DNA of 64,000 bases from Verrucomicrobiota bacterium (GCA_049510745.1 JBEKYR010000025.1:1371-65370), one strand, 5' to 3'; shown: positions 7,231-18,882, counted from the stretch's first letter. Numbers and translations: made by a program. Notes: generated by a model from the letters alone, not told the origin.

Positions 7231-9990
7231 ATGAGAACGTTTTGCCTCGCCTTCGTTTCGCTCTGTTGCCTCGGGTTTTCCGCCGCCTCGGTTGCGGGAA
7301 CGGATTTGAGCGCGGAGATCAACATCGCCAATAAAAAATTCGTCCTGTCCAACGGCTTGACCGTGCTGGTCCATGAAGACCACAAGGCTCCCATTGTCGC
7401 CGTCAATCTTTGGTACCACGTCGGCTCGAAAAATGAGCGGCCCGGCAAAACGGGCTTCGCGCACCTCTTCGAGCATCTCATGTTCACCGGCAGCCAGCAT
7501 CTGGGCACCGGGCACGATCAACGCGCCTTCTTCGAGGCCATGGAAAAAATCGGCGCGACCGATCTCAACGGCACGACCAGCGAAGACCGCACCGATTTTT
7601 TTGAGAACGTTCCCAAAAACGCCCTCGATGTCGCCCTCTGGATGGAATCCGACCGCATGGGCCACCTGCTCGAGTCTGTGGACCAACTCAAACTCGATGA
7701 ACAGCGCGGCGTCGTCCAAAATGAAAAGCGCCAGGGCGAGAACCAGCCTTACGGCGTCGTCGAGGAGTTGATGGTCAAGGCAACCGCGCCCGCCGGCCAT
7801 CCTTATTCCTGGACGGTGATCGGTTCGATGGAAGACCTCGACGCCGCGTCGCTGGACGATGTGCGCAACTGGTTCAAGACCTATTACGGCGCGGCCAACG
7901 TCGTCCTGGTGATCGCGGGTGATGTCGATACGGACGAGGCCGTGGCCAAGGCGCGGCAGTATTTTGAGAGCATCCCGTCCGGGCCGCCGGTGGCGCGTTT
8001 CACCAGTTGGATAGCGCCGATGACCGGGGTGCGGCGCCAAGTGGTTGGCGATCACGTTCCCCAGGCCCGCCTCTATGAAGTCTGGAACGCCCCGCCCTAC
8101 GGGGAATTGGACGCGACCCGGCTGGATTTGCTCAGCGACGTGTTGTCCGAAGGAAAATCTTCCCGCCTCTATAAACGGCTGGTCTATGACGAGCAGATCG
8201 CCACGGACGTTTCCGCTTACCTCGACGCCCGCGAAATCAACAGCCAGTTCGGCATCGTCGTCACCGTGCGGCCCGGACAAGACATCGACCGGGTGGAGCA
8301 GGCGGCGCGGGAGGAAGTGGCGCGGCTGCTCAAGAACGGTCCCACCCCGGACGAATTGCAGCGTGTCAAGACTCAATACTTCGCCCGCTTCAGCCGGGGC
8401 ATCGAGCGCATCGGCGGTTTTGGGGGCGTGTCGGATATTCTGGCCATGAACCAGACGTTTCGCGGCTCGCCGGATTATTACAAAACCGTCCTGGCCCAGG
8501 CGGGCGCCGCCACTGCGGCCGATCTGCGCGACGCCGGCCGGCGCTGGCTTTCCGACGGAGTTTATATCCTGCGCGTGCTGCCCTTTCCCAAATATGCCGC
8601 CGCCAAAGACGAGGTGGACCGGTCGCATTTGCCGCAACCGGGTCCCGCCCCGGAAGTGAATTTCCCCGAATTGCAGCGGGCCACCTTGGCCAACGGATTG
8701 AAAATCATCCTGGCCGAGCGGCACGGTGTTCCTTTGGTCCATGTCGATTTGCTGGTCGATGCCGGTTACGCCGCCGACCAATTCGCCGCGCCCGGCGCCG
8801 CCAGCCTGGCCATGGCGATGCTGGAGGAAGGCACCACCACGCGCTCGTCCCTGCAAATCAGCGATGAACTCGCGCGCCTCGGCGCCAACCTGGGCACGAG
8901 TTCCGACCTCGACACCAGCGCGGTCCATCTTTCCGCGTTGCGGCCCAATTTGGAGAAGTCGCTGGCGCTCTTCGCCGATGTCATCCTCCATCCTTCCTTT
9001 CCGGCGGCGGACTTCGACCGTCTGCAAAAGCAGCGCCTGGCGGAAATCCGCCGGGAGAAAACCGAGCCGCGCTCCATGGCCATGCGGCTCCTGCCCGGCC
9101 TGCTTTTCGGCCCGGACCATGCCTACGGCAACCCGCTGACCGGCTCCGGCACGGAGGACTCCGTGGCGAAAATGTCGCGCGGCGACATGGCGCGCTTCCA
9201 CCAATCGTGGTTCAAGCCCGGCCACGCCACCCTGGTCATTGTGGGCGATACGGACTTGAAGACGGTCGAGCCGCAATTGGAGAAACTCTTCGGCGCCTGG
9301 CAGCCCGGCGACGTTCCGCGCAAGAACATCGGGCCGGTCGCCGCCAGGGAGTCGTCCGCCCTTTACCTGGTGGATCGGCCCGGCTCGCTCCAATCGATGA
9401 TCATGGCGGCGGACATCGCGCCGCCCGCGGGCCAGCCGGGAGAAATCGCGCGCGAGACGCTCAACTCCGTTTTGGGCGGCACCTTCACCTCGCGCGTCAA
9501 CATGAATTTGCGCGAGGACAAACATTGGTCCTACGGCGCCCATACCCTGCTGGCGCGCGCGCGCGGCCCCAGCCCCTTCATCGCCTGGGCGCCGGTGCAG
9601 ACCGACAAGACCAGCCAGTCCATGGTCGAGCTGGACAAGGAACTGCGCAACATCCTGGAGCCGCAACCGGTGACCGAGGCGGAACTGGACACCGCCAAGA
9701 AAAGCCAGACCCTCGAACTGCCGGGCCGATGGGAAACCCAATCACGCGTGGCCGCTTCGATTGCCGAAATGGTCCGCTTCAACCTGCCCGACGATTATTT
9801 TGCGACCTACCCGGACAAAGTGCGCGCGCTGACGCAAAGCGAGGTTGAACAAACCGCCGCCGATGTCGTGCAACCTAGGCGCCTGGTCTGGGTGGTGGTT
9901 GGGGACCGGTCAAAAATCGAGGCCCCAATCCGCGCCCTGGGCTGGGGCCAACTCCACTGGCTCGATCCCGACGGCCGGCCGGTGGAGTAA
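7231..9990 (+). CDS. M16-family (pitrilysin/insulinase-like) zinc peptidase, double-unit
   Basis: Contains the HxxEH zinc motif (FAHLFEHLMFTGS). The ATG at 7231 gives signal peptide MRTFCLAFVSLCCLGFSAASVAG. The second half is an inactive M16 repeat. The ORF-track start at 7078 is an upstream extension. Confidence 0.9.
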   Translation: MRTFCLAFVSLCCLGFSAASVAGTDLSAEINIANKKFVLSNGLTVLVHEDHKAPIVAVNLWYHVGSKNERPGKTGFAHLFEHLMFTGSQHLGTGHDQRAFFEAMEKIGATDLNGTTSEDRTDFFENVPKNALDVALWMESDRMGHLLESVDQLKLDEQRGVVQNEKRQGENQPYGVVEELMVKATAPAGHPYSWTVIGSMEDLDAASLDDVRNWFKTYYGAANVVLVIAGDVDTDEAVAKARQYFESIPSGPPVARFTSWIAPMTGVRRQVVGDHVPQARLYEVWNAPPYGELDATRLDLLSDVLSEGKSSRLYKRLVYDEQIATDVSAYLDAREINSQFGIVVTVRPGQDIDRVEQAAREEVARLLKNGPTPDELQRVKTQYFARFSRGIERIGGFGGVSDILAMNQTFRGSPDYYKTVLAQAGAATAADLRDAGRRWLSDGVYILRVLPFPKYAAAKDEVDRSHLPQPGPAPEVNFPELQRATLANGLKIILAERHGVPLVHVDLLVDAGYAADQFAAPGAASLAMAMLEEGTTTRSSLQISDELARLGANLGTSSDLDTSAVHLSALRPNLEKSLALFADVILHPSFPAADFDRLQKQRLAEIRREKTEPRSMAMRLLPGLLFGPDHAYGNPLTGSGTEDSVAKMSRGDMARFHQSWFKPGHATLVIVGDTDLKTVEPQLEKLFGAWQPGDVPRKNIGPVAARESSALYLVDRPGSLQSMIMAADIAPPAGQPGEIARETLNSVLGGTFTSRVNMNLREDKHWSYGAHTLLARARGPSPFIAWAPVQTDKTSQSMVELDKELRNILEPQPVTEAELDTAKKSQTLELPGRWETQSRVAASIAEMVRFNLPDDYFATYPDKVRALTQSEVEQTAADVVQPRRLVWVVVGDRSKIEAPIRALGWGQLHWLDPDGRPVE

Positions 9991-10017
9991 GGAATCCCTC
10001 CGCCCCGTGGCCGGCGT

Positions 10018-10917
10018 TTAATTCCTCAATGTGTCCAGATACCGGAGGCTTTCGGGAATTTGCTGCTCGGAATCGGGCGATTCGTCTTCGATGAAATACC
10101 ATTTGACTCCCACGTTCTGGGCGGCGCGCAAAATCGCGGGCAAATCGAGCATGCCGGTTCCCATCGCCACGTCGTTCGTCACGTCGGAATGGCCGGTGAG
10201 CAAGCCCGTGGGCGTCCCTTTTCGCATATCTTTAACGTGCAACAGCTCCCAGCGGCCCGGATATTCGCCCAGTAATTTCACCGGGTCCTGGCCGGCGTGG
10301 ACGATCCAAAAAATGTCCATCTCGAATTTCACGTTTTCGGGATTGGTTCGTTGCACCAGCAAATCGAAGAGCGTGCCCTTGCCGGACGGCTGAAATTCGT
10401 AGCCATGCGTGTGATAGAAAAAGTGCATGTGGCGCCGGGCCGCCAAATCCCCCGCCCGGTTGAACACGTCAATGGCTTTGCGGCAGGCCGCCTCGTCGAA
10501 GGGGTCATTGTGCGGAATCCAGGCGCACCCCACATACACCAGGCCCAGGTCGGTCGCCTCATTCAGCACCGCTGCGGGGTCTTTGCTCCACTCCTCAAAG
10601 GAGAAATGGCCGCTGACGGGGTCCAGTCCCGCGGCATCCAACTTCTCTTTGAAAACCTTGGGCGGAAGGCCGTAGGTGCCGGCCAGTTCCACAAATCTCA
10701 CGCCCCAATTGCGCACCTCGGCCAGCGTGCCGGGCACGTCCTTGTCCAATTGGGCGCGCACACTGTAAAGTTGCACGCCCGCCACGCCCTTGAAGGGGGG
10801 CGGATGAAACAGAGCGCAGCCCGCCAGCAACCCGGCCAGGCCCAACGCCGCCAGTCCCGTGGCGCGCGCGGTGAAAATTCGACGAACGGAGGAGATCATG
10901 TTTTGTTGAGCTTTCAT
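10018..10917 (-). CDS. Sugar phosphate isomerase/epimerase (xylose-isomerase-like TIM barrel), lipoprotein signal
   Basis: 299 aa. The N-terminus ..GLAALGLAGLLAGC carries a lipobox. The TIM-barrel pattern includes VELAG, FFYHTHGYEF, FEMDIFW and WYFIEDE. Confidence 0.8.
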   Translation of the reverse strand: MKAQQNMISSVRRIFTARATGLAALGLAGLLAGCALFHPPPFKGVAGVQLYSVRAQLDKDVPGTLAEVRNWGVRFVELAGTYGLPPKVFKEKLDAAGLDPVSGHFSFEEWSKDPAAVLNEATDLGLVYVGCAWIPHNDPFDEAACRKAIDVFNRAGDLAARRHMHFFYHTHGYEFQPSGKGTLFDLLVQRTNPENVKFEMDIFWIVHAGQDPVKLLGEYPGRWELLHVKDMRKGTPTGLLTGHSDVTNDVAMGTGMLDLPAILRAAQNVGVKWYFIEDESPDSEQQIPESLRYLDTLRN

Positions 10918-10958
10918 TGCCGCTCATCATGCGGCCAACGCGCCGCCTTTGTCCATCA

Positions 10959-11723
10959 TTAACCTGTCCCCCGTCGCAAGAGCGCGCGGGCGCGGCGAAT
11001 CCACACCCGGTCCCGCTTGCGCTGATAGGCCGGGGCGTGGCGGTCGTCGTGGATCGCCGCCTGGAATTCCAGGCGGGCCAGGTCGCCCTTGTTTTCGGCC
11101 AGGTAAAGTTCGCCCAGTTGCACGCGGGCGCGGGCGTAGTCGTGTTCCTCCAGCACCTCCTGCCAGACGGCGATGGCCCCGGCCCGATCGCCGAGCAACT
11201 TGAGCGTTTCCGCGTAGGCCATGAGCGTATAACCGTAGTCGTGCTTGCGATTTTCGACGCAGACTTGATAAAGCAGCGTGCAGGCTTCCTCCGCTTTCTT
11301 CTGGCGCAGCAAACATTGGCCCATGTGAGCGCGGGCGTCGATGTCCTGCGGATCGCGCTCCAGCGAGGCGCGATAGCATTCCTCCGCTTTGGCCAGGTTT
11401 CCCTTTTGAAAATAAATGTCCCCCAACTCAAGGTAATGATGCGGCTTGTCCAGATTGTGAATCAGGACCTCCAATTCCTTGATGCGCTGCCGCTTGCCCG
11501 CGCCGGGCAACTCGAACCCTTGCGTCGCCGAGGGCGCGGCCCGATAGACCATCAAAAAGTAAAACAGCGCCGTCAGGCCGGGAAAAATCAGGATGAGCAG
11601 CGCCCACAGCCATTCCTCGCGCCGAATGGCATCGACCAGCATCCAGAGTTGGAACGCCGCCAGCGCCACCTCGAACGGGCTGCCGTGGAATGCCGACCAG
11701 TAAAAATTTAGAATGTAATTCAT
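10959..11723 (-). CDS. Membrane-anchored TPR-repeat protein
   Basis: The ATG at 11723 gives MNYILNFYWSAFHGSPFEVALAAFQLWMLVDAIRREEWLWALLILIFPGLTALFYFLMVY (two TM segments). TPR-like repeats follow (LGDIYFQKGNLAKAEECYRASLERDP, ...). Confidence 0.75.
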   Translation of the reverse strand: MNYILNFYWSAFHGSPFEVALAAFQLWMLVDAIRREEWLWALLILIFPGLTALFYFLMVYRAAPSATQGFELPGAGKRQRIKELEVLIHNLDKPHHYLELGDIYFQKGNLAKAEECYRASLERDPQDIDARAHMGQCLLRQKKAEEACTLLYQVCVENRKHDYGYTLMAYAETLKLLGDRAGAIAVWQEVLEEHDYARARVQLGELYLAENKGDLARLEFQAAIHDDRHAPAYQRKRDRVWIRRARALLRRGTG

Positions 11724-11764
11724 TGCCAATCGCCGGCCGGAAACGCCGGGAAAAAACTGGACGG

Positions 11765-12091
11765 CTAAAGAGGCGGGTTTGTCGCCGATTTCAAACAGCG
11801 CAAGATCGCTTCGGCTGTGAAGTGTTCCAGCCACAATCGCTCGCGCGTGGCCGTCGCCCATTCGTTTGGCTCGTTGCCATAAACCAGATCAATCGCGCGG
11901 ATGCTCTCCAACCTCTCTGCCATGTCCTTGCGCAACTGTCGCTCCGCATCCGGCATGTCGCGCATCACCGCCACGGAACGCGCCACAAACTCCGCGTCCA
12001 CCAGCCTCGGCCTCGCCGAATCACTGCGGGGAACATCGAAAGGATCGCGCGGCGGCGGGGCAAAGAGTTCCGGTTGCGCGGCGTCTTTCAT
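11765..12091 (-). CDS. Hypothetical 108-aa protein translationally coupled to the upstream RM gene
   Basis: The ATG at 12091..12089 overlaps the TGA stop (12090..12088) of the methyltransferase gene (ATGA). The product starts MKDAAQPELFAPPPRDPFDV...; no family recognised. Confidence 0.5.
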   Translation of the reverse strand: MKDAAQPELFAPPPRDPFDVPRSDSARPRLVDAEFVARSVAVMRDMPDAERQLRKDMAERLESIRAIDLVYGNEPNEWATATRERLWLEHFTAEAILRCLKSATNPPL

Positions 12092-15000
12092 GTTTTCCAA
12101 TCGAATGTTCCCGCCTTCACGCACAGGTAATTGGCATCCAATTCCGGCTGAAGGAGGATCAGCGCGGCGATGCGGCGGGCCATGTGTGTGACTTCGCGCG
12201 CTTCCTCCGGCGTCAGCGCGCGGCCGAGCAATGCAAATTCACGATAGCTCAACCACTTCTTGATCACCTGATAACCGCCGATGGTGTAGTCCCAGACATT
12301 TTCCGGCACATTACTCCAGCAAGCGAAGTCGTTCAGATAAATGTCATGCGTGGTTTGTCCCAGCGCGGCAACGGTTTCGTCCTGGGCGAAGGCGCGTGTT
12401 TGCATCTTGCCCTTGCCGGGCATCGTCACGCCTTTTTTGCCAGCGTGTCCCCAGCCAGCGGTTAGGGAAAGATTCAATATGTCGCGCGTCAACCGGGTAA
12501 CGACGGCAATCTTCACCAGTTCCGGGAAAACTTTTCCAGCAGTCACGCCGTCCACTGGCATTTCTGCGTCAAGCAACGCAGCAACTTGCTTGCCTAATTC
12601 GGCAGACGCAATTAAAACGGCTTTGGAATCCGGCAAGGGAATGCGTGGCCAATCCTGCTGGATGCCGTCAGCATTCTCTGCGAGATACGCCGGCGAATAT
12701 CCAATGGCCAGTGCGTGCATCCAAATCAATCCTGTCGTCTCCGCATCCGCATCAGGGTTTTTGATGCCGAGTTTCGCGAGATAAGCGCGAGCGGCGGGCG
12801 AAAGATTGGCAGTGAGTTTTTCTCCGCCAGTTTTGTAAGCCGGAGCGGCTTCGTGGAGGATGCTACCGAACTTACCATTGCCATCGTCTTCCTCCTTTTG
12901 CCTCTCTCGTTGCTTCAATCGAAATGGAAAAACCGATGCGTTGGGCGGCATCATGTGGTAGTCACAAAGAGTGCGGGCAACGGTTATAGGCGCCCCTTCC
13001 GGAGACTTTGCAGCTTTGAAGCGAGATACCACGGCGGGAGATCCAACGGCATAATTTGCCCAATAATCAGGACGTGGCTCACGCCAAAGCGGACGGGTTG
13101 GAGAATAGTAACACCATTGCGTGTCAAACGGCCTCATCGCAAAACGAACAACGCGAGTTTCATCGAATGATTCGACAGACAACAATAGTTTTCTAGCTTT
13201 CAGGGCGTCAAATCTCGGCACGTTACGGGTCAATCCTGTTCCGAGCTCGTGTAAAGCGGTCCATTCAACTTTTGGATCAAAATATTTTTTCATCCGCTCA
13301 ACAAGCGGTTCGCGTTCGATTGAAATCAGTGCTTTTCGACGATCTTCAGCAATCCCAGCAAACGGGCTTCGAAGCGAGAGTTCGGTGATTTTGGGCCAGC
13401 TCAAATAATGAGCGGCGATGTCAGTGGGTTTAAAACCGAACCAGTTTTCCTTTAGTGGTTCTGCTTGCTTGTATTGAACATTAAACTTTTTTTCTTTGAG
13501 ACTTTCGAGAAGATGGGCGCGCCGGTCAGCAGATTTGGCGTCGTTCAGGTCATCACGGAATAAGACAGATTTCTTTTGCTTCTTACCAGTTTTGACCCAA
13601 AGAGAAATGGCAACGCCTTGTTGAATTCCAGGCGAGAAACCTGCGAGAGCAAAGACAGTTTCACTTGTGCGTCCATCTGGCGCGTATTCGGAAATCTTCC
13701 GGTTGCCGTGCATATTCTCAATCCAAAAGCTGTCGAACGAATTGAGGAGATTCTGGCGGAGAACCACAAACGATGGGTCGCTGATCCATGAGTGGTTTGA
13801 AATGTAGCAGACAATTCCTTTGCCGGTTTTTTCGGCAATGCGCCGCTCTGCAATTCGAAAGAACCGAACGTAAAGCTCATCCAAATTGAACTTTTTAATA
13901 CCCCAGCCGCCTTTCTTAACGGGGTCAGACAGTTTGTAATGGCGCTCCATTACTCGCTGTCCGTGTTCATCAAATAAATCTTCCCCCGCCTTGTTTTTTT
14001 TCTGCGTCCAATAAATGCCTTTATAAATCTCCACCAGTCCCTGCTCTTCTTTTGGACTGACGCCCGCATAAGCATTGTAAGGCGGGTTGCCAAGGATGAC
14101 CAGAATCGGTTTTTCTTGCTTCACGTTGCCCGCACCTTTGCGCTCGGCTTCCAACTCTGGCCATTTCGCGAGCTGTGGATTGGCAATGTTCTCATCCCAC
14201 CCGCTGAGCGCGTTGGTCAGAAAAATTCCAGCCCGTTCGTTCTTGGAATCCTCGAGGGGCACAGAGAGATTTTGCAGGAGTAAACCCATTTGCAGATGGG
14301 CCACGACAAACGGCGCGGGCATGATTTCAAAACCGAAGACTCGTTTCTGCGCAGCCTCCTTAAGTTCGACATTGACCAAGGCATCCTCGCCTTTTTCTTC
14401 CGTGAGAGTTTGAGAAATTCTCCGCAACACCTCGACGAGATACGCACCGGTGCCGCAGCAGGGGTCGAGCACGAACACCCGCGGGTCGGCCAGGCCGTCG
14501 GCTATATCCAGTTCCTCGCGCAACGCAGTGTCCACGCGGGCGACCTGGTATTGCACGATCTCCGGCGGCGTGTACCAGACGCCGAGTTCCTTGCGCAGTT
14601 CGGGGTCGAAAGCCTCCAGGAACGGTTCGTAGAAATACTGGACTGCGTGGTCTTCGACGAACCGTTCAAAGAACGCGGCATGGTCAACGCGGTTAAGCGC
14701 GGCCGCCGTCCAATCGAGAACTTCCACCAGTTTGAGCGGGCCGAGTTTGGCTGGCGTGGCCACCTGGTCGAACAACGCGCTGATCATCGGCACATGGAGC
14801 GTCCACGCGGCGGATTTCCAATCGAAAGCATCCTTGCGTTGCGGCTTTTCCTTGCGCCAGAGAACCCACGCGGAAAACACGCCGTAGAAAAGGGTTTGCA
14901 CGAGCGTCGAGCGGAAGAAGTGTTCACCCTTCTCCGCCTCGAATTTCATGCCAAGGGCTTCTTCCAGCGCGCTGCGCACGGCGGCCAGTTGCGGCAAATC

Positions 15001-15627
15001 TTTGGCGGCTTCCACGCGCGAGCGGGCATCCCGCGCATACGAGGCGAGAAAGAAAGCGACGTCCTTGGGATTATTCAAAGGCGCGGCGTGGAGCATTACC
15101 CGCTTGAGGTATTCGGCAAAGCGTTCGCCAAGTTCATTGGCCGCTTTGCGCGGTTGCGCCGCAACCACCCAAAAGGATTTTTCGTCGGGCGCCAGTTGAA
15201 AGGATTCGAGCCGGAGCGGATTGCCGTTGTCGCCTCGTTTCAAAAGCAGAAAGCTGCGGTAATTCGTCACCAACACCTGCCCGTAATGCCTCACATAGTC
15301 GCCGACTTGTTTGCTCTCCGCCATGTCGTCAACCTCGGCCCCGGTGGATTTGACTTCAATGACACCGCGCGCTGGCAGCGGGATTCCGAGGAGCGGAGAT
15401 TCTTCGTTCGTGTTCTCCAGTTGATCGGGAGTGAACAGCCCGCCGTCCGGAAAACCCGCGCCGCTGTTCTTCGGGTGGATGAAGCAGAGGACTTTTGGTT
15501 TGAGCGTGTGACCGATGGCATTGAAGAGATTGGCCAGCGCGCCGTAGCCGGAAGTCTCCTCCGTCGCCGCGCCGGACGAACGAATGGCATGCAACTCATC
15601 GAGGTAGGTTTCGAGGGCGTTGCTCAT
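12088..15627 (-). CDS. Single-polypeptide Type IIG/IIL-like restriction-modification enzyme: N-terminal PD-(D/E)xK nuclease-like motif + gamma-class N6-adenine DNA methyltransferase + Type ISP-like C-terminal specificity domain
   Basis: 1179 aa. N-terminus has FPDGGLF...ARGVIEVKS (D...ExK). SAM-binding motif I is VLDPCCGTGAYL and catalytic motif IV is ILGNPPYNAY. The C-terminus has RPFDTQWCYY and YTIGGYQVIKKWLSYRE, as in Type ISP TRDs. There is no helicase domain. The gene contains visibly AT-richer stretches than its neighbours. Confidence 0.85.
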   Translation of the reverse strand: MSNALETYLDELHAIRSSGAATEETSGYGALANLFNAIGHTLKPKVLCFIHPKNSGAGFPDGGLFTPDQLENTNEESPLLGIPLPARGVIEVKSTGAEVDDMAESKQVGDYVRHYGQVLVTNYRSFLLLKRGDNGNPLRLESFQLAPDEKSFWVVAAQPRKAANELGERFAEYLKRVMLHAAPLNNPKDVAFFLASYARDARSRVEAAKDLPQLAAVRSALEEALGMKFEAEKGEHFFRSTLVQTLFYGVFSAWVLWRKEKPQRKDAFDWKSAAWTLHVPMISALFDQVATPAKLGPLKLVEVLDWTAAALNRVDHAAFFERFVEDHAVQYFYEPFLEAFDPELRKELGVWYTPPEIVQYQVARVDTALREELDIADGLADPRVFVLDPCCGTGAYLVEVLRRISQTLTEEKGEDALVNVELKEAAQKRVFGFEIMPAPFVVAHLQMGLLLQNLSVPLEDSKNERAGIFLTNALSGWDENIANPQLAKWPELEAERKGAGNVKQEKPILVILGNPPYNAYAGVSPKEEQGLVEIYKGIYWTQKKNKAGEDLFDEHGQRVMERHYKLSDPVKKGGWGIKKFNLDELYVRFFRIAERRIAEKTGKGIVCYISNHSWISDPSFVVLRQNLLNSFDSFWIENMHGNRKISEYAPDGRTSETVFALAGFSPGIQQGVAISLWVKTGKKQKKSVLFRDDLNDAKSADRRAHLLESLKEKKFNVQYKQAEPLKENWFGFKPTDIAAHYLSWPKITELSLRSPFAGIAEDRRKALISIEREPLVERMKKYFDPKVEWTALHELGTGLTRNVPRFDALKARKLLLSVESFDETRVVRFAMRPFDTQWCYYSPTRPLWREPRPDYWANYAVGSPAVVSRFKAAKSPEGAPITVARTLCDYHMMPPNASVFPFRLKQRERQKEEDDGNGKFGSILHEAAPAYKTGGEKLTANLSPAARAYLAKLGIKNPDADAETTGLIWMHALAIGYSPAYLAENADGIQQDWPRIPLPDSKAVLIASAELGKQVAALLDAEMPVDGVTAGKVFPELVKIAVVTRLTRDILNLSLTAGWGHAGKKGVTMPGKGKMQTRAFAQDETVAALGQTTHDIYLNDFACWSNVPENVWDYTIGGYQVIKKWLSYREFALLGRALTPEEAREVTHMARRIAALILLQPELDANYLCVKAGTFDWKT

Positions 15628-16277
15628 GACACCCCCAAATGATCCTCAAATCTCCGCTCCATGTCCAAGTGAAAGCGACTCGGCATGGCGCCACTTTGCG
15701 CGGAAAATCTCCCAGGGTCAATCCGCCTTCATCAGCGTCCGTTGCCCAAACACCGGCTCCGCTCGCCGCCTGCCCGGCCCCGGCATCCGGGCGCAAGTTC
15801 CATGTCTTTCCCGGTCCCTTTCCTGCATTCCTTGATCTTAATCGTAATCATAATCCTCTTTCCGTCCCCGTCCATCTCCTCCCAAAGAAAATCTCAAAAA
15901 AACTTACGAAAATACTTGCGCATACATAAACATGTGTTAGATTCTCGACGTGTGAGCACTCGCTGCTTTGACATAAAGTGCGGCCGCCCGGCAACAAACC
16001 TGCCCGCCTGCCGCAGGACGGACCGCACCGCCAAGCGGTCATCCCGGCAATTTGTTCTGGTCTGCGGGCCGCCAGCAATGGTGCCAGGTCCGCGCAGACC
16101 AGCCAAAGACGTTGACGGCCACACCGCTACGGAAGGCAGCCTATCCGCATGGAGCGTTGACGTTAAAGCCCAGCCCCGCACCGCTTCAAACGCAGACGCC
16201 ATGAACCGCCAGCACCGGAAACCGCTCCGAAAAGCTGTCAAAGAAGCCGGAATCAACCTGGAAGACGAAGCCAAAAA

Positions 16278-16340
16278 CCCGGACAAAACCGGACAAATCC
16301 GGCCAAATCCGGGTAAATCCGGCTAAATCGGGCCAAAAAA
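16278..16340. repeat. Six tandem 10-bp units CCGGnCAAAT (helically phased A-tracts) upstream of glyQS
   Basis: cccggacaaaa ccggacaaat ccggccaaat ccgggtaaat ccggctaaat cgggccaaaa, read directly from the sequence. Confidence 0.8.
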
Positions 16341-16505
16341 TGAAAATTGAAAAAATACCCGGATCCGCCGACAGCGATCAGTGACGACAAACCTCCTGAG
16401 CACCGCGCGATTGCGGCTTGCCCTCTGGCGGCGCTGACCCCTCGAGATGCGCCCCGGGCGTTGCCATTCCTTGACATCGCGCGGCTCTTTCAGAACACTT
16501 CGGCT

Positions 16506-18325
<1,820 letters not shown>

Positions 18326-18326
<1 letters not shown>

Positions 18327-18880
18327 TGTCAACGCAAACAGACGCTGCCGCGAAAGGGTGGGCGGCGGGAGCGCAGGATCCCCCGCTCAAGCGCGCCCCC
18401 ACGCTTTATGCCATTATCTTTTTCAAGCTGGTCAAGGGCATTCTCTTTCTCATTTTCGGCATCGTCTTGTATTTAAAGGCCTCGCATAATCTCTCCCAGG
18501 AGTGGGCGGACCTGCTCAAGACCGACTTTGTCGAGCGCCTTTTCCAAATTCTCAGAATCCACCCGGAAAACAAATTCCTGCAGCACATTGCCGACCAAAT
18601 CGCCGACCTGACCGAATCAAAAATCAAAGTGACCGCGGTGTTCACCGTGTTGTTTTCGCTCTTTCCGTTCGTCGAGGGCGCCGGACTCATCTTCCGCGCC
18701 AGTTGGGCGGGCTGGCTGGCCATTGGTGAATCGGCTTTCTTCGTGCCGATCGAGATTTACGAACTGGCCCGCCAATTCTCTGTCGGTTTGCTGCTGATCA
18801 CTCTGGTGAACATCCTCATCGTCTGGTATCTCTACGCCAACCGCGAGCGGCTCTTCCGCCATCATCATCATCATCATTGA
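18326..18880 (+). CDS. DUF2127-like membrane protein ending in a natural hexahistidine
   Basis: 184 aa with 4 predicted TM segments. The pattern LYAIIFFKLVKGILFLIFG...AGLIFRASWAGWLAIGESAFFVPIEIYEL is typical of DUF2127. The C-terminus is RLFRHHHHHH (catcatcatcatcatcat at 18860-18877). The start overlaps the glyQS stop (TAATG). Confidence 0.75.
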
Positions 18881-18882
18881 GG

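Noticed and set aside
7144-9741. Very long antisense ORFs opposite well-supported genes: 7144..9741 (865 aa), 14290..15642, 16323..18332 (669 aa), 22877..24415, 25820..26830, 31278..32573, 55954..57279, 45876..47075 and others.
   Set aside because: They lie exactly opposite genes with clear family motifs (M16 peptidase, MTase, GlyRS, RHS, ALDH, SSS transporter, intron RT). Their translations are Arg/Gly/Ala/Pro-rich low-complexity, typical of shadow ORFs in GC-rich DNA.
15930-16200. Possible small RNA (SRP/6S-like) in the long RM-glyQS intergenic region, because of the hairpin GGTCTGCG...CGCAGACC.
   Set aside because: There is no SRP helix-8 consensus (no GGAA tetraloop context, no AGCA motif), no tmRNA or RNase P signatures, and no terminator. 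The evidence is insufficient without covariance-model searches.
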